Source of the DNA: Laetmonice hystrix | Taxonomy: Eukaryota | Length of the DNA stretch: 64,000 nt | Assembly (NCBI GenBank): GCA_965235115.1 | Contig: OZ249436.1 | Location: forward strand, 34,846,001 to 34,910,000 | Direction: 5' to 3' | Shown: in pieces, positions 54,760 to 64,000 of the stretch | How positions within the stretch are numbered: position 1 is the first letter of the stretch | How the letters are laid out: the number at the start of each line of letters is the position of its first letter | Notes under the pieces: model-generated | Databases searched by the model: none | What the model saw: the letters and a program-made list of their open reading frames with translations, nothing else | Told to the model about the DNA's origin: nothing | Program-made: the position numbers and the translations under genes

Positions 54760-55910
54760 TTTGTGACGTACTATATCACTGTAAACTGAAATATAACCTT
54801 TTGACCCACTTTGAAACAGCTGGGTCTAGTGCTGCCGTGAGCATGCGCAAATGAAACCGGAACCGGAACGAGATTTAACATAGCTGCAGGCACACACTAT
54901 CAAAAGTGCCGGCATTCATTAGACCCCTATATAAAGGGCTTCGGCAGATCTGGTGTATTGCAGGCGATGCGACTCGGCCCAAAGTGTGAAACTCCATGCA
55001 ATAGTTGTTCGGGAAAGTCGGCGCTAGTTTAGTGATAAAAATCGGTGCCGTTTCTATTGGGAGGAATTTGAATTTGTCCAATTGGTTTGATATACTATAC
55101 ATGACAATTTAAGGCCCGTGTTGCCTACAAATATTCGCTTGCGGGTCTATAAGCTCATACAACAGCATGTATGATATTGATAAAATAAAGGTTACCAAGG
55201 TTACCAAATGCACGCCAACTGATAGATCAATTAAGCCAAGCTCATGAATCATGTCGTTAGTGGAGCGTTTTAAGCTGATGAAGAAATGAATTATAACCTG
55301 TCAGGCCGCGTCTTTCAATTCCAGACGACTATCAACCCCCTCCCTCCTTCCACTTCCAGTGAAGGGCATCATTGGTCGAACAGCTTCGATGTAACACTAG
55401 ATTTGATTACTGACCAGGCACTAAAAGCTTGTAGGGCACTAAGTTCATCACCCATAGCTCCTGACTCGGTATCGGTATCTCCGAGTTGCATTTGACCTTG
55501 TCGACATGTGCAATCACCAGGTGATATTCCTCGATTCACTGTTTGCATGTTCACCACACAAAGTACCGTCGATATAATACCCTCCTTTACCGTTTCCATA
55601 GACTCTTTAACGATTCCAATACACTGAGCGGCATCAATATGAAAGCTGCCAAATCGTGTCAATCACGCGAGTGAAGCTGCGCGGACGAAGTACCTCTGCC
55701 CCTAGGGACACACATCATGGCCGTCACAAAACGGCAGTTTGGCGCCAATCGTGCATTATTGATGCCAGAGTTATAGATCTATACCAGGGACATTGAAAGT
55801 ATAGATAAAATCTAGAGGGGCAATGAGATAGGAAATGAGGACATGCATGGATTGAGATGAATATTATAATGGTTGAGAGAGATATTAATGTGCACACCAT
55901 ATGCGACATT

Positions 55911-55954
<44 letters not shown>

Positions 55955-56020
55955 GGACAGAGAAAGACAGAGAGACACAGAGACACAGAGACAGACAGAG
56001 ACAGAGAGAGAGGGAGAGAG
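55911..56020. repeat. (GA)n / GACA microsatellite
   Basis: Seen directly. Confidence 0.9.
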
Positions 56021-57617
56021 AAATTTTTGAGAAGATATTACCAAAGTACTGACTTTCAATATACTATTATTTCCTCAGTAGTATAGTGTAAGTCTATATG
56101 TTTGGATTGCATGTCCATTATAATGGCATTAGTTCATAGGTAAAGATCATGCCTGGCCACGTACAATAGGTATAAAGGTAAGGTAGCATACAGGTAGCCG
56201 ACCTCATGTCCGCACTCTACACAATGGTTATCGCACCGTATTACGTGACCCTATAACCCCATTCCACCCCCGCCCCACCCCATCTCCCGGTTGTGAAAAT
56301 TGTCGTTTAAAAAGCTTGTTTAGTAACATTGTAGACATAGAAGTATACTGTCATGTACTTTACCAGAGCACAACAATCCCATTTGGCGTCACTGAGGTCC
56401 AGACCGGGTAACCTTGGGGGCGCCCAGATTCCTGTCATGATATTTAAAAACCGATAGGCCTATTCAGTTATTTATGTGATATATAATATCCATATAAACT
56501 TGGACTCGATCTTCAGGTCGATGAGTCGACACCATTCCGACATCCCTTCACTTGTTTGACCCGTCCTGTATTTGGAATACAGCAACACATTTAAAACACC
56601 AACTTGCTATACATGTATATTATGTGGCTTTGGTGCTACCTCTGCGCGGCCTTTCGGTAAATCCCCAGTAAATGCCATTGGCATGTAGAGGAGTCTACAT
56701 GTGGTCGCATGAAGATTAATACCAGATCTGATTGATGTTTATGTATGTGGTATTTCGGCGTGTAATATGGTATTCATGCATGCATGCAGCTGCCTGAAAA
56801 ATGGTATACGTGCTCCATCATCGTGTCTACCATATTAACGGACTTGCCCTGATGTAATACCACAGCGATATACATATGCAGGCAGGCTTAGCGGCGACTG
56901 AGGTCCCATTGACATGTGTCATTGTTTAACGGATCAATTATTTGGACGCGAGCAAGGGCAGTATTTTACATCAGTATACATAAGAGTTGGTTCTTGGTGC
57001 GACTAAAACATGTGTATGTAGAGTAAGCTGGCGAGGATGGGTGAGTTGTTATAGATTGCCGGGGATTTACGTTGCATATCAATCTATAGTCTCGTTGACA
57101 TCGTAGGCCTATAACTGAACGAATGCAACAAAAACCCTCCGACAAAGAGAGCCACGGATATTGGCTGTCAGTGCGGATAACAATATTGTTGGCGTCAAAC
57201 AAACGAGTTCCCTAACTGTAAGGTAAGCCGTCGATGTAAACTGTCACGACAAGTGTCAATTTGGCAAAGTGGTGGCTTTTTAAAATGGTACAGAATTGGT
57301 CGGTTTACCGCGCAGTTCCATTGAGGAATTCATCTGACGATTTGTGGGTCGAGCGTCGCCATGGTCACGTGATCCAGATGGACCCAGCAGACGATGAAAT
57401 TGTCCAACGCTCCGGCGGGAACAACGTCACTGTGACTCATGCATGCATGTATGGGCGCGCTGATTACACATTTAAATGGGGACCGTTTCAAGCTGCATGG
57501 GGAGGGGGGGGGGGGGCAATCACGCACGCCAACTCTGAATACAGTTAAAGTCTTTCAGTTTTCAGTGTTTTAGGAGTAATAGGTCATAGGCGTCGCACAT
57601 AGCTAGATACAGCATAG

Positions 57618-57716
<99 letters not shown>

Positions 57717-57955
57717 GACAGAGACAGAGACAGAGAGAGAGATAGAGAGAGAGCGACGTAGACGTAGACAGGCCTAAGTCGAAGCCGAACTTGATGTAAG
57801 TTGTAATAGTGTTTTTTAAATAGCGAAGAACCCTGACGACTTATTTCATATCGATAACGGAAATAAAGAATTCATTAATGAACTTGGCCCTGCTTTAACA
57901 AGTCCCCGAGGTGTTTTAAATCCACAATGGCCACGTTCTGATTACTAAAGGCTCG
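57618..57955 (+). repeat. Left arm of a diverged inverted duplication (includes a (GA)n/(GACA)n microsatellite)
   Basis: 57823-57935 aligns by eye with the reverse complement of ~59975-60088. Confidence 0.8.
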
Positions 57956-59012
57956 GTGTGTTTTCTCGCCCATCTGCCACTCGCATATTCGTAAATTTAA
58001 ACACAGTGGCCATCTGGCTTTCCATTCTTAATTAAAGGTCTAAATCTAGACCTTTATTGTTATTGGAGTCTATTACCTCCCAATCGTTACGCACTTACAC
58101 TATAACTGGTGATGGCAATACCATACATCAATGGTTGCTGTACTGAAACAAAGTTCATATTTTCACCGACATTGACTATTGGATAGGAACAGGAAACCGA
58201 AAAATGCCAACCCTATCATTGTTGCGCCTCCTTATAATTGGATACCGATCATATTCTACGCGGACAGCATATACTGCTGTTTCAGCAAGCCAAAGGTCAT
58301 CAAACAGCTAGGGTACCATTACTGTGTGGATCCGTGTGACGGGCATCACACCCCACTGGGAAATCTATCTACTTCACGTTGGGATCAAGCAATTCGGAGA
58401 CTTGTGTCGGGTCTCCTCGAAACAATATTCTATAGCGTAGAAACGAGGTACAGCGTATATTACAGGTCCTCGATGGTATCACGAGAGTCATAATGGGACA
58501 AATTATTACATGACATCTTTGGAGTTGACTAATGATTAATGATCACCTTTTTACGTGTTATTCCAGTGTGATTTTACAGCATTCGTGTTGATGTCTATAC
58601 TAAACCCCAATATACGTCCTGATATATGGGCCTACTGGAGGAGTGATGTATGAAGGTATGAATTATGAATGGACGACGTTTTGCCTGGTATTAAATACCT
58701 CATCTCCGCGAGTATATTGAAGGGGGTATATATTGTGTTGACCAGGTCTGCCGCCAGAGGCAATCGTGGCAGCGAAGGTCAGCGTATTAGTGAGGTCATC
58801 GACATTCTCAAAGTGGATGCCCCTTCACAAATCCTTCATCAAGTCAACTGGCCTCGAGGGTTCTTCATTATAGTAGGACTTACGTAACAGACCTGACCTC
58901 CAAACGGTTCAATGTCACGGATGGATAAGGTCAGGGATAAATGAGCAACGGAAACGTACTGCAATTATTCTTGTCCTTTGGCAATGCAATGACTGACTCT
59001 CTGACTCTCTGA

Positions 59013-59165
59013 CCCTCTCCCTCCCTGTCTCTTCTCTCTCCTCTCCCTCTCTCTTCTCCCTCTCTCTCTCCTCTCTCTCCTCTCTCTCCCTCTCTCTCCC
59101 CTCTCTCTCCCTATCTCTCTCCCACTCTCCCTCCCTTTCTCTTCTCTCCCCCTCTCTCTTCCCTC
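59013..59165. repeat. CT-rich low-complexity tract
   Basis: Seen directly. Confidence 0.85.
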
Positions 59166-59670
59166 CAGACAGTAGTATCAGTGTCTGTGGTTATCAACGT
59201 GTTTATTATGGCAGGCCCGGCAGACACGATGGAATCCCCGCCCCCCGCCTCCAGGCAGGTGGTGTGAGTAATGAACAACTGATATTGGCGGCTGGCGGCG
59301 GGTATTGCTGGAAAAAAAGGACGTTTTCATACCACGGGCGACAACCTGCTGCGCGATATGTTCCGTACGTATATCCACTCGTGTATGATTACTGGAGCAA
59401 GTGTCGTACATTTTATTACGAAAAAAGTTCTACACGTATTATTATATCAGAATGTAATGTTGTTCGCCCAGCAGCAATCATTTGGAACCAGCGGGCCTCG
59501 GCCGTCATGGGACCACATGGTTGGAGACGGGTTGAAATGTGTTGGTGGGTGGGTGGGTGTGGAGGGTTCATTGATCGACAACACGGCGGGTGGAGGGGGA
59601 GGACCGGAGTGGGGGTATCGTCGGCTGACGTTCCGCTGCACACATGCAGAAGTCTGCGCCAGTAGGGCAT

Positions 59671-59704
<34 letters not shown>
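59671..59704. repeat. (CAG)n trinucleotide repeat, ~11 units
   Basis: Seen directly. Confidence 0.95.
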
Positions 59705-59705
<1 letters not shown>

Positions 59706-59959
59706 TAAAGCGGCACGACCACAACAACGGCACGTGGACTTGCGGCACGCTGCTGTCAGCGAGTCTCCCTCTCCCTCTCTCTCTCTCTCCGGTCGTCCGT
59801 AGGTAAGGGACCTACGTAACTCCGGCAGGACCGGCTGACTATCGGCACACAAACGTAACATCATACCCAACTATATATACGGGCCCTTCTACAACCTCGC
59901 TGGAGCCACGGAGGAGCGACATTCGTTTTCAGGTAGGTCAATGGCAGGGTCGCAATTTG

Positions 59960-60164
59960 TGAGCGTTATCCCGACGGAATGTGGCCATTGTGGATTTACG
60001 ACACACCGTTGACTTGTTTAAGGGCCGAGTTCATTAATGAACTCTTTATCTTCGTTATCGACATGAGATAAGTCATCAGGATTCTTCGTAAAAACCACGA
60101 TTATGTCATATCTGCATGGCTTAGATCAAGGTCGGCTTGACTTGTGCCTGTCTCTCTCTGTCTG

Positions 60165-60195
<31 letters not shown>

Positions 60196-60203
60196 GTCTG
60201 TCT
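59960..60203 (-). repeat. Right arm of the diverged inverted duplication
   Basis: Reverse complement matches 57620-57955, including the flanking GA/GACA microsatellite. Confidence 0.8.
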
Positions 60204-63200
60204 GAATCCCAATTTGTCATGTACTCCGTCTCAAGAAATCAAAACCTCCTGTGTGTCTGCACATGACTGCCGCTGTACAATACAGGTATAGTAGACCTAC
60301 TGCAGTTATTCCCGGGCGTGTGTACATAAACCTACATGTCCATATGTACGACGCTAAATAATTTACACCTGGGGAGCGGCAGACACCTGTGAATCAGCAG
60401 GTGTTAAGCATCCCGTCTTTGAAAGACCGAGCACAACAATGTGCTTGCCCCTCAGCCATGCATCGATCCCGGCCCCGGCCCTTGGGTGGATGGGGTGTGG
60501 GTGTGGGTGTGGTGTGGGTGTGGTGGTGGGGGGGGGGGGGGCGAGACTCAGTATAGGGCCTACGTACGTTTATCACGCGCGTACAAAGCTGACAGATCGA
60601 TATGACGGAACGTTTGCCGTCCAGATGCTGGAGACTAAAGCTGAATCGTCTCTGACAATGAACATGGTATGATATCGAGCATTGTCTCTAATGCCATTCT
60701 CTTGTCTAATCGCTGTCAATTTCTTCGCAGAAATTCATACATTTTAATAGATTTACGACCAGGATAATTATCAACGAAAAATATATTGTGTTATACGAGC
60801 GGAATGAAGCACGGTGGCGTTCCAGTAATAGGCCCTCTGCCGCTGAACTTTTGGAGCCAGGCAAGAGTATGCCAATACTTCCTCTACCTAATTAGTTGAT
60901 GTGTTCATGATACGGTTACTATTTTTAGCATCAATAAGTCTGATGTTTCGTCAGGGGTTTAAGCCTTCCCTCTGATGTGGAGATTCGGACGACAATGTTA
61001 CATCGAATTGGATGGAGATACTGAGGACGTAACGTCATCCCCGTGAGCCGGAACCTCGCAAACGTGTACACGAGAGCCTTGTGACAAAAACCAAATGTCA
61101 TCACCGTCTTTAGGTTTCAACCAGCCAGCAGTCAGACTGCATGTATAGGCCTGCACGTCCACCGCCATGTTCTCACTTCTGCTTGTGCTCATAAATCAAA
61201 CCTTAAAATCAATCATAGAAATGGAGGTTAGATTTTGAGGATGGAGTAGCGATAACCCGCTGTAAAGATGCCACTTAGTCTTCTCGTCGGGGAGGTAGAT
61301 CCCTTAGAGCCATCAATGTGTTTCTTTATGTTTCTGTGTGCGCCGATGACGTTCACCCAACCCATGCAGGAGGCCTCCGATAGTTTCGTATTTCCTTCTC
61401 TCAAATAGAGTCTATATGAGAGCCCTGTCCTTCATGTACCAACAAGCAGATCCACAGGTTCGACCCCATTCGGCGCTGATATATCCCACCTTTGTAGACC
61501 TAATTCAGTCTCCACACCGTTAGTGACCCCCCTGGACCCAATTTGCAAATTCTTCCAGTTGAACACACTGTCAAAATCAGGCTTTGTTCTCTCTCCCTCT
61601 CCCTCCGTCTTGTTCCGGTGACGTCATCACGTCATGGCCGAAGGTCAGCGTTCCATATGGGTGTGATGGATCTAACGGACACGAGCTAAACAAAGCTTTG
61701 ACGTCGTCACAAGGGCGGAATTACTTTCGTTGTTCATCCGGGGCTGTCCGGCAGAATGAGCGCTGTCCGTCGTGTCTAGCGGCGGCTTTAATATTGACCG
61801 CCTGGTCGTAATACTGTGTAGAAGTAATTACACGTCGGCCGGCAATCAATAAGCTTGGCACCGACGTCACTCGGGGATAGATAGATGGAACGGGAATTGT
61901 GGAACTTCCATTGGAGGATAGAGACAATGTGGAACCAGCTGCGTGTTTCGAAGATGAATGGATATCGTCTAAGGAGGATGAGAAGGTGGCGGGGTGGGGG
62001 GTGGGGGGTGGGGAGTCTGTACCGCTGAGGTCAGCTCAAACTTTTCTCGTTTATACAACCTCCGCATGGAACAAGTTATTTCGAAACCCCCAACCTAAGA
62101 CGGTTTATTTATAATACTCTCATGCCCTGGACTCTTGCTGATGCACAGATAATTTCGACCTTCAATGGACAGAACAGGTCACGAGATTCTAGCTTCATGC
62201 GGCGTGCAAAACTTCAATTAGAGTTCTATTAAAAGTTCTTCTAATGGAATGTCGGGCCTACTAATAAAACACTTACAAACGCTCGAACAAATTAAAAAGA
62301 AAAAGTCGGCTGGCACAGTTGAGATTGTTTGCACCTCACAAAACGTTGCGTCGCTATAACGCTAAGAAGGTCATCACTCATTTAGCATCTTAACTGAGGA
62401 GGAGGATCACGCAATAGTCCGTCTCCGGCGTCAGTCCGACAACGTGCCCCGGCCACCGACCCTCAACCCCCACTCCCACCCCCACCTCACCCACACACCG
62501 AGCCAAACAGATCCATCATTAGTTTAGGCAGTTGAAGGAAGGAAACCTAAAAGAATGGCAGTGACGGGAAGGGGAGGTTGATGGACATGCGTATCAATGC
62601 CACATAAAGCTCTTAATCCCCGTCTTCCGTTCGTCTGAGGATATAGCGCGGGGATGGGGATTTAAAACAGACATGTGAGAAGATCCTTCGACGTGTGTGT
62701 CTGCCTTGACCGGGCGACGCCTATCTTGTAAGTGCGCCTCCAGTGGTTCTAATATATAACGTATAGAACAATTTTTTCTCTCCATAGTTCAATGTACAAC
62801 AATGTCACCATTCCATCCATAGGATACGTTTTTAACAAATGTAGGGCCCCACTGGCATAGAGTGATGACTCAGTTATTGGTGCAGCTGCTCATACAGATG
62901 AAATCTATGCGGTTCAAAAATCAAATTCCTGACCCAGCACGCATTGGCTGCACCTTACAACTGCCTATAAATTAGATCAGTCAAGCATCACAGCAAAATG
63001 CGGTCTAAATCCAGAATATTGAGATAACCCAACGTAATTTTCTCTTTAATCAATGATCACAACGAACATAAATACATCGAGGACTTGCATGGGTCCACCA
63101 GCTGAATGGCCTCTCCGCACACAAATATTGCGTGCGGGCATTTATCGGCGCTAGGCGGCGCTGCGGTATCTTGGGGGACTCGTCACGAAGAGGGCACCCT

Positions 63201-64000
63201 CGGGGAAAGACGTCCTCGTAGACCGCGGCAGTTAGGTTTACAGCACAGTGACCTGGGCAAGCCATGGGACCTGCTAGGACGGTGCGGTCATTTCACCCTG
63301 AGAACCTTTACAATATATTCATGTGAAGAAGGGGTTCTTACAATCTGTAGTAGCCTAACATTTGCCTAATTAGCTGGGCACTGTTCCCTCTGTTGGTGGC
63401 CTTATACTGGTCCACATAGTTGTCAGAGTAGACATGTAGGTCTACTATATGGCATGGAGGACGTAGTATATGGGCCTCGTGGGTCAACACAAGAGCCATC
63501 CATTTACTGTGAAGCGTGGTTTTTATTGTATCATATCGCCCCTTGAAAGTGTCTGACAACGATCGCCATACAAACACCCGAACAACCGCAATAGTGTGAT
63601 TTTATTATTTTCCGAGTTTTGAAGGAGTTTCATGGCGTAGACACAACGCTGGCCCTATGTTGGTTTAACCGTTAACGCCATGACCTAGAATCAAACATGA
63701 ACCAACGTTCACGTTGTTCCTACGTCGTATACCTTCTATCAGGTAATAGGTTTAGGCCTAATGGCAATGCTAATTTGTCTTTTATCAAATCTAGTCATGA
63801 AAGTATGAGTGCTATCTTGTCAGACGACGTTACGTCATACGGTGCGGGCCAGCTGCCGACGTTACGCGATTTTCTGCGCTGATAAACCAAAGTAATGGTC
63901 TACTGTCGATGGTTGACAGAGCACCGTAATCCTAGCGTTGTCTTCCTCAATGCACGGACTAATGTGACAAGAATGAGATTAGATAAGGGCTCAGCACAGG

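Noticed and set aside
59264..59870. ORFs with poly-C, poly-L, poly-A or poly-S tracts
   Set aside because: They are different frames of the (CAG)n repeat with no domain similarity.
61455..61470. GGTTCGACCCC B-box-like motif (tRNA or SINE)
   Set aside because: No A box or cloverleaf could be built around it.

Overview
Intron-rich animal genomic DNA, probably from a marine invertebrate and possibly a spiralian (inferred, not shown). I assembled five protein-coding genes by hand from GT-AG splice sites and reading frames. (1) The last three exons of a class-1 transmembrane semaphorin (+, 355-3916). (2) A compact 4-exon, divergent Q50 PRD-class homeobox gene (+, 9048-10362). (3) An 8-exon nicotinic acetylcholine receptor alpha subunit (+, 13388-29217). 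(4) Mitochondrial ribosomal protein mL54 (-, 32739-34308), head-to-head with (5) the AAA+ ATPase AFG2B/SPATA5L1 (+, 35010-39693). The rest holds non-autonomous DNA transposons (Harbinger, Tigger/pogo, hAT, Kolobok and a 5-bp-TSD family), microsatellites, and a 5-kb composite 34/47-bp satellite that produces the long spurious ORFs at 51.4-53.7 kb. The most notable items are: the orphan-looking homeobox with T47/R54 in helix 3; a ~27-copy 63-bp array that amplifies the nAChR exon-2 splice acceptor itself; a candidate unannotated spliced minus-strand transcript at 44-47 kb; a diverged inverted duplication at 57.6-60.2 kb; and two tiny palindromes with 7-bp flanking duplications that look like P-element footprints.
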